From contig CAWIXY010000001.1 in the NCBI GenBank assembly GCA_963840185.1, positions 388,808 to 452,807 on the forward strand: a stretch of DNA of 64,000 nt. The letters run 5' to 3'. This DNA comes from an uncultured Actinomycetes bacterium. GTDB lineage: Bacteria > Actinomycetota > Thermoleophilia > Solirubrobacterales > Solirubrobacteraceae. A program made the position numbers and the translations under genes. Of this stretch, positions 53,289 through 60,995 are shown piece after piece; the first letter of the stretch is position 1, and every line of letters starts with the position of its first letter. The notes under the pieces were generated by a model. The model was not told the origin of the DNA. It ran no database searches and saw nothing but the letters and a program-made list of their open reading frames with translations.

Positions 53289-54325
53289 CGGTCCAGCAGG
53301 TCCAGCAACGCCTGCTCGACGGGCCCCTGGATCGCCGTGGCCTCGTCGCCGTCGCCGCCGGCGGCCACCAGCCGCGCGTCGATCGTCTCGCCGTCGGCGA
53401 AGCGGTCGAACACCCGCGGGTCGATGTACGAGGCGCGCGCGACGGCCGGGGTGTTGCCGAGGTAGTACGCGACCTCCTTGACGGCCCGCGTGATCGCGCG
53501 CTTGCGGCCCGTCTTGGTCTCGGGCGCGCGACCCGACACGCCGAGCGCGACCGCGGCCAGGACCGTGGCGCCCCACGTGCGGAAGTCCTTGGCCGAGATC
53601 TCGAGGCCGGTCGCCTCCTTGAGGAAGTCGTTGATGTCGGTGGAGCGGATGTCGACCCAGCGCCGCCCGTCCATGTGGGCCAGCAGCTCGTCCTTGCCCC
53701 CGCGCCGCTTCTTGAGGCGCTCGACGACCTCGGCCACCTCGGGGTCGATGAGCTGCTGCATGCGGCGCTTGCCGTGCTTGGCCGGGTAGTCGAAGTACAG
53801 GACGCCGTCCTGCAGGCGCACGTGGCGCTTCTTCATCGTGGCCAGGCCGTAGGTCTCGTTGCGCACCGCGTAGTCCTCGCTGCCGATGCGGAAGAAGCCC
53901 CGGTCGAGCAGCCGCACCGCCGCGGCCAGGACGTGCTCGCGCGAGAGGTCCCCGCGCCGCAGCTGCTCGTCGACGTGCTCGCGCAGCGCGGGCAGTGCGC
54001 GGGCGAACTCGATCATGTCGTCGAACTTCTCGAGGTCGCGCCGCTGGCGCCAGCGCGAGTGGTACAGGTACTGCTTGCGCCCGGCCGCGTCGATGCCGGT
54101 GGCCTGGATGTGGCCGCCGGGGTACGGGCAGATCCACACGTCCTGCCAGGCCGGCGGGATGACCAGCTCGTGGATGCGCGCCAGCACCTCCGCGTCGGTC
54201 ACGGGCTCGCCGTCGGGCATGAGGTAGCGAAAGCCCCGGCCGTGCTTGACGCGGCGCAGGCCGGGCTCAGCCAGGTCGGAGCGTCTCAGGCGCGGACGGC
54301 GGGTCTTCTCGACGGTCGCGGGCAT
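53285..54325 (-). CDS. DNA topoisomerase IB (poxvirus-like bacterial TopIB)
   Basis: Intact 346 aa. It reads FRYLMPDGEPV...PPAWQDVWICP...IQATGIDAAGRKQYLYH...AKDFRTWGATV...NTPAVARASYIDP, with the catalytic Tyr context. Confidence 0.88.
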   Translation of the reverse strand: MPATVEKTRRPRLRRSDLAEPGLRRVKHGRGFRYLMPDGEPVTDAEVLARIHELVIPPAWQDVWICPYPGGHIQATGIDAAGRKQYLYHSRWRQRRDLEKFDDMIEFARALPALREHVDEQLRRGDLSREHVLAAAVRLLDRGFFRIGSEDYAVRNETYGLATMKKRHVRLQDGVLYFDYPAKHGKRRMQQLIDPEVAEVVERLKKRRGGKDELLAHMDGRRWVDIRSTDINDFLKEATGLEISAKDFRTWGATVLAAVALGVSGRAPETKTGRKRAITRAVKEVAYYLGNTPAVARASYIDPRVFDRFADGETIDARLVAAGGDGDEATAIQGPVEQALLDLLDR

Positions 54326-54375
54326 GACCGGGAGGGCCTACCCCGAAAGCCCGTCGAGCGCGCGGCGCGGCGCGG

Positions 54376-55338
54376 CTACTTCTTCGCCTTGGCGCGCGAG
54401 GGCGACTTCGCGCCCGAGGAGGACTTCGCCGACGACGAGGACTTCGCGGATGAGGAGGACTTCGCGCGGGATGACGACTTGGCGCGCGACGCCGGCTTCT
54501 TGGCCTGGCCGGAGCCGTTGCCCTTGGCCGGCGCGGCGTCCGAGCCGCCGCCGTCCTTACGCACGGCGTCGAGGCTGGCCTTCAGCGCGCTCATGAGGTC
54601 GGGCACAGGCGCCTCCTCCTCCTCCGGCGGCGCCTGGACGGAGATCTCCTCGCCCGCCGCCTTGCGCTCGATGAGGGAGAGGACCTCCTCGCGATAGGAG
54701 TCGTGGTACTTGTCCGGCTCGAAGTCGCCCGCCAGCGACTCGACGAGCTGCTTGGCGATGTCCAGCTCCCGGTCGGTCGCCCTGACCTCGTCGGGATCGG
54801 GCATGTCGTCGATGCGGTCGGGGTCGACGACCTCGTCGGCGAAGATCATCGTCGTCATCCCCAGCACGTCGCCCATCGGCCGGATCGCGACGAGGTTCTC
54901 CTTGGAGCGGATGACGACGCGCGCGATCGCCACCTTGTTCGTCTCGCGCATGGCCTCGAGCAGCAGCCGATAGGGCTTGGCGCCCCCCGGGCCCGGGGCC
55001 AGGTAGTACGGGTGGTCGTAGAAGATCGGGTCGATGTCGTCGAGGTCGACGAAGTCCTCGATGTCGATGGTCCGCGTCTTCTTGGGGTCCAGCGCCTCGA
55101 GCTCGTCGGGCTTGACGATCACGTAGCGGTCCGGCGCGATCTCGTAGCCCTTGACGATCTCGTCGTAGGGCACCTCCTCGCCGGTCTGCGGGTCCACGCG
55201 CTTCTGCTGGATGCGGGCGCCGGTGCTCTCGTGCAGCTGGTGGAAGCGCACCGTCTTGCGGCTGACGGCGCTGTAGAGCTTCACCGGCACGGTGACGAGG
55301 CCGAAGCTGATGGTGCCGGTCCAGATGGGTCGGGCCAT
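54376..55338 (-). CDS. ku: Non-homologous end joining protein Ku
   Basis: ATG at 55338. The Ku core is MARPIWTGTISFGLVTVPVKLYSA...YYLAP. It is intact and has a Ser/Lys-rich repetitive C-terminal tail. Confidence 0.93.
   Translation of the reverse strand: MARPIWTGTISFGLVTVPVKLYSAVSRKTVRFHQLHESTGARIQQKRVDPQTGEEVPYDEIVKGYEIAPDRYVIVKPDELEALDPKKTRTIDIEDFVDLDDIDPIFYDHPYYLAPGPGGAKPYRLLLEAMRETNKVAIARVVIRSKENLVAIRPMGDVLGMTTMIFADEVVDPDRIDDMPDPDEVRATDRELDIAKQLVESLAGDFEPDKYHDSYREEVLSLIERKAAGEEISVQAPPEEEEAPVPDLMSALKASLDAVRKDGGGSDAAPAKGNGSGQAKKPASRAKSSSRAKSSSSAKSSSSAKSSSGAKSPSRAKAKK
54399..54488. repeat. Five tandem 18-nt units inside the ku 3' end
   Basis: The plus-strand units are gagggcgacttcgcgccc, gaggaggacttcgccgac, gacgaggacttcgcggat, gaggaggacttcgcgcgg and gatgacgacttggcgcgc. 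They encode the (S/R)AKSSS hexapeptide repeats of the Ku tail. Confidence 0.6.
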
Positions 55339-55412
55339 GCCTCCAGTATGTAGCACCCGCCGCGCCCCGACCCCCGGCGCAGGCCGAATTGCGCCTCGCG
55401 CGATGGTTTGCG

Positions 55413-55434
55413 GCACGCTCCCCGGGTAGCGTGC
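55413..55434 (+). promoter_or_regulatory. Inverted repeat in the ku / ferritin-like divergent intergenic region
   Basis: The sequence is gcacgct-ccccgggt-agcgtgc. It has 7-bp arms and lies 33 nt upstream of the ferritin-like ATG. It could be an operator or a 5'-UTR hairpin. Its function is unknown. Confidence 0.3.
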
Positions 55435-55467
55435 ACCGTGTCCACCGACCCGATCCCGAGGAGCGAG

Positions 55468-55980
55468 ATGGCCACCGTACGCAGCGCGGCCCAGGGCATC
55501 CTGGCCGACGAGAACACCGAGCGGCGCGAGCAGATCGTCGAGCTGCTGAAGAAGGCCTACTGGATGGAGATCGAGACGGTGATGAGCTACATCGCCAACT
55601 CGATCAACCCGGACGGCGTGCGCGCCCAGGAGATCGTGGAGTCCCTCCAGGAGGACATCCAGGAGGAGCTCGGCCACGCCCAGCAGTTCGCGGCCCGCAT
55701 CAAGGAGCTCTACGGCGTCGTGCCCGGGTCGCTCGAGTTCACGGCCGAGCAGTCCTACCTGCAGCCGCCCGCGCACCAGACCGACATCGTGCACGTCATC
55801 AAGGGCGTCATCGAGGCCGAGACGGGCGCCATCGAGCACTACAACCGGATCATCAACGAGACCGACCAGATCGATCCGGTCACCAACGACATGGTCATCG
55901 CCATCCTGCGCGACGAGGAGGGCCACCGCCGGCTGTTCGAGGGCTACCTGCGCGAGTACGAGGCCGAGGGCCTGGCCTAG
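55468..55980 (+). CDS. Ferritin-like domain protein (diiron four-helix bundle)
   Basis: I prefer ATG 55468. The track start is 55408. The ExxH pairs are QEELGHAQ and EAETGAIEHY. The ORF is intact. Confidence 0.8.
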   Translation: MATVRSAAQGILADENTERREQIVELLKKAYWMEIETVMSYIANSINPDGVRAQEIVESLQEDIQEELGHAQQFAARIKELYGVVPGSLEFTAEQSYLQPPAHQTDIVHVIKGVIEAETGAIEHYNRIINETDQIDPVTNDMVIAILRDEEGHRRLFEGYLREYEAEGLA

Positions 55981-55993
55981 GTCGGATAGGCCC

Positions 55994-56668
55994 TCAGCCC
56001 TCCACGCCCGTCGCCGAGTGCGGCGCGCCGACCGGCTTCGACTCCGGGGAACCGCGCTGGCGCAGGTAGATCGAGAAGACCACCATCGAGCCGACGGCCA
56101 GGAACTCCGACTGCCAGTTCTGCAGCGTCGACTCCCAGAAGCGGGCCGAGCCGAGGTAGCCGGCCCAGCCGACGACCGGCTCGTCGTGGGCGCGCTGGTC
56201 GTCGTTGTACTCGGTCCAGCCGGTGACCGACTGCCCGAACCACGACGCGAGCCAGATCGTGGCCATCAAGAGCACGAGCGAGTTGGCGTACAGCCAGAGC
56301 CGCAGCCCGCGGGCCCGCGCCCACGCCGGCGAGTCCGCGCGGGCATGGGCTCCGACCTGCTGCGCGGCGTCGGACTCCGTGCCCTCCTCGCCGGGCTGCT
56401 TGGACTCCGGCGAGCCGCGCTGCACCAGCCACACGGTCAGCAGGATGTAGAGCGTGAACTGCAGGTACTCCGACTGCCAGTTCTCGAGGACGGCGTTGCC
56501 GAAGCTCGACGACACGAGGTAGCGGCCCAGCGAGATCGTCGCCTCGTCGTGGGCGGAGGCCTCGTTGTTGAAGTCCTGCCAGCCGGCGACGGCCTGGCCG
56601 GCGATGGCGAGCACGAAGAAGGCGAGGAACACAAGCGACAGCGCGCTCGCACCGAGGGCTCGCCGCAT
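55994..56668 (-). CDS. DUF6766-like membrane protein with an internal duplication
   Basis: Intact 224 aa. Its two halves both carry W-x-(D/E)-(F/Y)-N...H-D-E...NWQSE(Y/F)L...QRGSPESK. Confidence 0.8.
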   Translation of the reverse strand: MRRALGASALSLVFLAFFVLAIAGQAVAGWQDFNNEASAHDEATISLGRYLVSSSFGNAVLENWQSEYLQFTLYILLTVWLVQRGSPESKQPGEEGTESDAAQQVGAHARADSPAWARARGLRLWLYANSLVLLMATIWLASWFGQSVTGWTEYNDDQRAHDEPVVGWAGYLGSARFWESTLQNWQSEFLAVGSMVVFSIYLRQRGSPESKPVGAPHSATGVEG

Positions 56669-56751
56669 CAGTGGTGGGCCAGCCCGATCGCGGTGTAGAG
56701 CACCAGGCCCGTCGCGATGACGAGCAGGTAGGCGACGAAGACGGCCCGCAT
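56668..56751 (-). CDS. Candidate 27-aa hydrophobic micro-protein
   Basis: It is not in the track because it is under 60 aa. The product is MRAVFVAYLLVIATGLVLYTAIGLAHH*. G/C at codon position 3 is 100%. Its TGA overlaps the DUF6766 ATG as ATGA. It has no clear Shine-Dalgarno sequence. Confidence 0.4.
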   Translation of the reverse strand: MRAVFVAYLLVIATGLVLYTAIGLAHH

Positions 56752-56764
56752 GCAGGCGGGTCTA

Positions 56765-56795
56765 CCGGCCCGGCCGGATGGACCGGCCGGGCCGG
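56765..56795 (-). terminator. Perfect 13-bp GC hairpin, 10 nt after the csbD stop
   Basis: The sequence is ccggcccggccgg-atgga-ccggccgggccgg. Confidence 0.7.
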
Positions 56796-56805
56796 CGGGA
56801 GTCCG

Positions 56806-56997
56806 CTAGGAGGTCTTGCGCTCGAGGTCCGCGACCTCGTCGGCCTTGTGCTCGGCCTTCTCCTGCGCGTTGGACAGCTGGTCCTTGGCCTCGCCCTTGC
56901 GCTCCTCGTTCTTCCCCTCGCGGCGAAGCGAGGCGTCGTCGGCGAGGTCGCCTGCGGCCTGCTTGACGCGGCCTGTGATCTTGTCGGTGATTCCCAT
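56806..56997 (-). CDS. csbD: CsbD family general stress protein
   Basis: Intact 63 aa. MGITDKITGRVKQAAGDLADDASLRREGKNEERKGEAKD is the CsbD signature. Confidence 0.88.
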   Translation of the reverse strand: MGITDKITGRVKQAAGDLADDASLRREGKNEERKGEAKDQLSNAQEKAEHKADEVADLERKTS

Positions 56998-57006
56998 CCC
57001 CGTCGC

Positions 57007-57667
57007 CTACCCCAGCGCCGTGGAGCGCAAGCGCTCGCGCAGCTCGGTGATCGTGGCGAAGACGGACAGGGCGCCGGCGTCGAACAGCTCCTGCGCCGAG
57101 AAGCCGCCGGTGAGCACCGCGAGTGTCTCGATGCCGGCCCTGCGCGCGGCCTGGCAGTCCCAGGTGGAGTCGCCCACCATGACCGCGCGGTCGCCGTCGA
57201 GCCGCTCGAGGGCTGCGTGGATCAGGTCGGGCTCGGGCTTGGTGTGCTCGACGTCGCCCGACGTGGTCCAGCCGTCGGCCAGCTCACGGGCGTCGAGCAG
57301 GTCCAGGTAGTGCTCGACCTCCTGGGGCTTGGCCGAGCTGGCCAGGACGTACCTGGCGGCCGTCGCGCTTGAGGTCCTCGATCAGCTCCCGCGCCCCCTC
57401 CAGCGGGCGGACCTCCTCGATGAGCTCGGCGTAGCGCTCCGTCTCGGCGGCGCGGATGTCGTCGCCGCGCTCGCGCTCGACCTCCTCGCCGGCCACCGCG
57501 GCCACGAGCTGGTCGCCTCCCATGCCGATGTGGCGGTGGATCCGCCACACCGGGAGCACCACGTCGTGTTGGCGAAAGGCTCGGTACCAGGCGATCGCGT
57601 GGTGGTAGTTGGAGTCCACCAGCGTGCCGTCGATGTCGAGGATGGCTGCCGGCTCGCGCGTGCTCAT
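57007..57667 (-). pseudogene. HAD-superfamily hydrolase, 1 frame break
   Basis: Motif I is AILDIDGTLVDS. The break is at about 57350. Removing the extra A in CAGGT[A]CGTCC restores DGRQVVLASSAKPQEVEHYL...VMVGDSTWDCQAA...*. Confidence 0.8.
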
Positions 57668-58167
57668 CCGCCGGAGCTGCCCTGCACGCGGCGCAGCACA
57701 CCGAGGCCGAACCACAGCCAGGCGAACAGCGACCCCACGACGACCACGGTGACGACCAGCGTGCTCCCCTTGAAGATGAGGTCCGTGACGAGCGCGACGG
57801 CGCCGTTCATGGCCAGCGCCAGGGCGACCAGCCCGATGAGGAACTGGCGGTTGCCGACGTGGATCACGCTCTTCTTCTGGTTCTGCTCGAAGTTGATGCG
57901 GTGGAACGCGGCGGGCGCGATGAAGAACGCGGTGGCCGCGGCGGCCGCCAGCAGCGTGCCGAAGTAGATCATCCGCTGGCTGGACGTGATCGTGTCGAAG
58001 CCCTGCTGAAAGGGAACTGCCAGGAGGAAGCCGAAGAGCACCTGCACGCCGGGCATGGCGACGCGCACCTCCTGGAGCAGCTCCTCGAGCTGGCGGTCGA
58101 GCCGGTGCTGCTCCTCCTCGGTGCGCTGCTCCCGGCGATCGGGAGCCTGTTCGACGTCGACGGCCAC
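57664..58167 (-). CDS. DUF6328-like membrane protein
   Basis: GTG at 58167. The stop overlaps the HAD start as ATGA. It reads ELLQEVRVAMPGVQVLFGFLLAVPFQQGF and has 3-4 TM segments. Confidence 0.72.
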   Translation of the reverse strand: MAVDVEQAPDRREQRTEEEQHRLDRQLEELLQEVRVAMPGVQVLFGFLLAVPFQQGFDTITSSQRMIYFGTLLAAAAATAFFIAPAAFHRINFEQNQKKSVIHVGNRQFLIGLVALALAMNGAVALVTDLIFKGSTLVVTVVVVGSLFAWLWFGLGVLRRVQGSSGG

Positions 58168-58208
58168 GGGGTTCTGCTTCCCGGTGTGGCAGTCGCGTGA
58201 ACGCCGTG

Positions 58209-59015
58209 TTAGGGGATCGGGTTGTCCGTGCGCGCCACGGTGCGCAGCCGCCCGAGCGACTGGCGGATGATGCGCGAGACCTGCATCTGCGACACGCCGA
58301 TGCGCTCGCCGATCTCCGCCTGCGTGAGATCCTCCTCGAAGCGCAGGCGGAGCACCTCGCGCTCGCGCGGTGTGACGGCGCGCAGCAGGGCGGCGAGCGT
58401 GGCCCGGTCCTCCGCGAGGGCGAAGCCGCGCTCGTCGGTGCCCACCGTGTCGCCGAGGGTGTCGCCCGCGTCGTCGTCGGCGCCGCGCGGGGACTCGAGT
58501 GACGTGGCGCGGTAGGCGCCCGATGCCTCGAGGGCCTCCAGCACGTCCTCCTGGGGTGCCTCGACGGCCCTGGCGATCTCCTGCACTGACGGCTGGCGGT
58601 GCAGGTCGACGGACAGCTGGCCGACGGCGCGGTCGACCTTCAGGGCGAGCTCCTGCAGGTCGCGCGGGACGCGCACCGACCACGTCCGGTCGCGGAAGTA
58701 GCGCTTGATCTCGCCCAGGATCGTCGGCACCGCGTAGCTCGAGAAGGCCACCTCGCGCTCGAGGTCGAACCGGTCGATCGCCTTCACGAGGCCCAGCGAG
58801 GCGACCTGCAGCAGGTCGTCGAAGGGCTCCTCCGGGCGCTGGTAGCGCCGCGCGAGCTGGCGGGCGAGCGGCAGGAAGCGCTCCACGAGCGCCTCGCGAT
58901 CCACAGGATCGCGGCGGTCGAGATAGCGCTCGAACAGCGCGCGATCCTCCTGGGCGCGGCTCGAAGCGCGACCGGGCCGGTCGTCCGAGGAGTCGTGAGG
59001 AATGGTCAGGGTCAC
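58209..59015 (-). CDS. RNA polymerase sigma factor, SigB/SigF-type (group 3)
   Basis: Region 2 is FDDLLQVASLGLVKAIDRFD...FSSYAVPTILGEIKRYFRD. Region 3 is present. Region 4.2 is LTQAEIGERIGVSQMQVSRIIRQSL. I prefer the GTG start at 59015, which gives 268 aa. The track ATG is at 59135. Confidence 0.88.
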   Translation of the reverse strand: MTLTIPHDSSDDRPGRASSRAQEDRALFERYLDRRDPVDREALVERFLPLARQLARRYQRPEEPFDDLLQVASLGLVKAIDRFDLEREVAFSSYAVPTILGEIKRYFRDRTWSVRVPRDLQELALKVDRAVGQLSVDLHRQPSVQEIARAVEAPQEDVLEALEASGAYRATSLESPRGADDDAGDTLGDTVGTDERGFALAEDRATLAALLRAVTPREREVLRLRFEEDLTQAEIGERIGVSQMQVSRIIRQSLGRLRTVARTDNPIP

Positions 59016-59149
59016 AGCGCGCAGCCAGCTTTGCGGCGCGCCGGGGGGCTGGGGCGCAGCGGAGTCCGGCGGACCGGCTTTACGGTCTCCGCCCCGCGAT
59101 ACTACTCGCTGGAAGCGGTGAAACCAGGACGGCACGAAGGAGCGTTTCG

Positions 59150-59758
59150 GTGGTCGCCGAAGGCGAACTGACCGGCCTGAGGGTCCTCGCGGCTGACGAG
59201 GACGAGCGCGCGCTGCGCGAGACCACGGAGCTGCTGCGCGAGCTCGGGCACGAGGTGACCGACATCGCGGTCGACGTGGCGACCGCCGTGGATCGCATCG
59301 CCGAAGACGAGCCGGACCTCGCCGTCGTCGTGGTCCACGAGGACGACGAGCACGCCCTCGCGCTCATCGAGGAGCTCAACGAGTACGCCAGCGGTCCGGT
59401 CATCGCCCTGCTCCATGGCGAGGACCCGGCCTTCGTCGCGCGCGCTGCCGAGCGCGGGATCTCCGCCTACGCACGACAGCCGACGGCCGCGTCGGTGCAG
59501 GGGGCGATCGAGGTCGCCATGGCCCGCCACGCCGAGCTGCGCGACCTCCACGACCAGGTGCAGCGCCTCGAGGGCGCGATCGAACGTCGCGCCGTGATCG
59601 AGCGGGCCAAGGGCATCGTGATGGAGCGCCACGGGGTCGGGGAGCGCGAGGCCTTCGAGATGCTGCGCGCGTACGCCCGCGCACACAATCGCCGCGTCGT
59701 GGCCGTGGCCGGATCGGTCATCGAGGGGGGTACGTTCCTCCCCGAGGGACGGGATTAG
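59150..59758 (+). CDS. ANTAR-domain RNA-binding regulator with a degenerate (pseudo-)receiver domain
   Basis: A GAAGGAG box lies 7 nt before GTG 59150. The ANTAR core is IERRAVIERAKGIVMERHGVGEREAFEMLRAYARAHNRRV. The N-terminal domain is REC-like, but the phospho-acceptor position reads PDLAVVVV. Confidence 0.88.
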   Translation: MVAEGELTGLRVLAADEDERALRETTELLRELGHEVTDIAVDVATAVDRIAEDEPDLAVVVVHEDDEHALALIEELNEYASGPVIALLHGEDPAFVARAAERGISAYARQPTAASVQGAIEVAMARHAELRDLHDQVQRLEGAIERRAVIERAKGIVMERHGVGEREAFEMLRAYARAHNRRVVAVAGSVIEGGTFLPEGRD

Positions 59759-59819
59759 CGGGGCCGCTGGACGGGGATCACGCCAGCAGGCATCAAGCCA
59801 CCCCGAGGAGAGGGAACTC

Positions 59820-59984
59820 ATGATCAGTGTGCTCATCGCGGTGCTGCTCGCCGCACTCGTCTACGCGCTCTGCCTTGCGCTCGGCCTGCCGGCCATCGTC
59901 GGCATCGTCGCCGCGATCCTCGTGCTGGTCAGCGGCATCGGGACCGGCGGATACGGCTTCGGGCGCCGCGGCGAGCGGTTGTAG
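59820..59984 (+). CDS. Candidate 54-aa two-TM small membrane protein
   Basis: It is not in the track because it is under 60 aa. A GGAGAGGGAA box lies before ATG 59820. The product is MISVLIAVLLAALVYALCLALGLPAIVGIVAAILVLVSGIGTGGYGFGRRGERL*. GC3 is high. Confidence 0.5.
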   Translation: MISVLIAVLLAALVYALCLALGLPAIVGIVAAILVLVSGIGTGGYGFGRRGERL

Positions 59985-59996
59985 GTTCGGGGGGAC

Positions 59997-60935
59997 GTGA
60001 GCAGCGTCCCCTCTGACGGCGCGTCGCTGCCCCGCGTCGCGCTCCGCGCGCTGAAGCTGTACCACGCGCAGGAGCTGACCGACCGGGCGGCGGCGCTCGT
60101 CTACTACGCGCTGATGTCGCTGTTCCCCGCGCTGCTGGCCAGCGTGTCGCTGCTCGGCCTGTTCGGGCAACAGGGGCTCGTCACCGAGGCGTCGGACTAC
60201 GTGCTCGAGCGGGGGGCCGACGACGCGACCGCCGACGCGCTGCAGGGCGCGCTCGAGCAGGTCGTCAAGGCGGACTCCAGCACCCTCGGCCTCACGCTGC
60301 TGCTCTCGGTCGCTCTGGCGCTCAACGGCGCGTCGGGGGCGTTCGCGGCCGCGGGGCGCGCGCTCAACGTGATCAACGCGGTCGACGACTCGCGCGGCTT
60401 CGTCCGGCGCAAGCTCGTGGACCTGGGCATCACGATCACCGTGCTGGTGCTCTTCCTCGTCGTCATCGTCGCGGTCTTCGTCGGCGGCGGGATCGTCGAG
60501 GACATCGCGGGCGCCATCGGTCTGGGCGACACCGGCGCACTGGTCTGGCGGATCGTCCGCTGGCCCTTGGCGCTGGCGGCGGCGATGCTCGCTTACGGGC
60601 TGATCTACGCCTACGCGCCCGCCGGCCGACCGGGCGCCAAGCGCTTTCGCTGGATCTCGCCCGGCGCCGCGTTCGGCGTCGTCCTGTGGCTGCTGGCCTC
60701 GGCCGGCTTCGCGCTCTACATCCAGAACTTCGGCAACTACGGTGCGGCCTACGGCACTGCCGGCGCGCTCATCGTGCTGCTGCTGTGGCTGTTCCTGTCG
60801 GCCAACGCGTTCCTGCTCGGCGCGCAATTCGACGCCGAGCTCGACCGCCAGACGGCCGCCGGCCGGGCGGCCCCGCCCTTCCCAACGCCCCCACCCTCGC
60901 CCGAGATGCCCGCGCCGCCGGCCCGCGCGCGCTGA
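59997..60935 (+). CDS. YihY/BrkB family membrane protein
   Basis: Intact 312 aa. It reads LTDRAAALVYYALMSLFPALL...ANAFLLGAQFDAEL. Confidence 0.88.
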   Translation: MSSVPSDGASLPRVALRALKLYHAQELTDRAAALVYYALMSLFPALLASVSLLGLFGQQGLVTEASDYVLERGADDATADALQGALEQVVKADSSTLGLTLLLSVALALNGASGAFAAAGRALNVINAVDDSRGFVRRKLVDLGITITVLVLFLVVIVAVFVGGGIVEDIAGAIGLGDTGALVWRIVRWPLALAAAMLAYGLIYAYAPAGRPGAKRFRWISPGAAFGVVLWLLASAGFALYIQNFGNYGAAYGTAGALIVLLLWLFLSANAFLLGAQFDAELDRQTAAGRAAPPFPTPPPSPEMPAPPARAR

Positions 60936-60995
60936 GGGTCATTCCGCAAGCGAGCGTCGGCGAGCGGGCCGCCCGATGCGGCGGCGGCGCGACAT

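Noticed and set aside
54399-54488. The tandem 18-nt repeats as a CRISPR-like or minisatellite array.
   Set aside because: The units are contiguous with no spacers, lie in frame inside ku, and encode a low-complexity tail.
59016-59135. An upstream ATG (59135) as the start of the SigB-like sigma factor.
   Set aside because: It would add a 40-aa Pro/Arg-rich extension running to within 15 nt of the divergent ANTAR gene. GTG 59015 gives a typical group-3 sigma factor of 268 aa.
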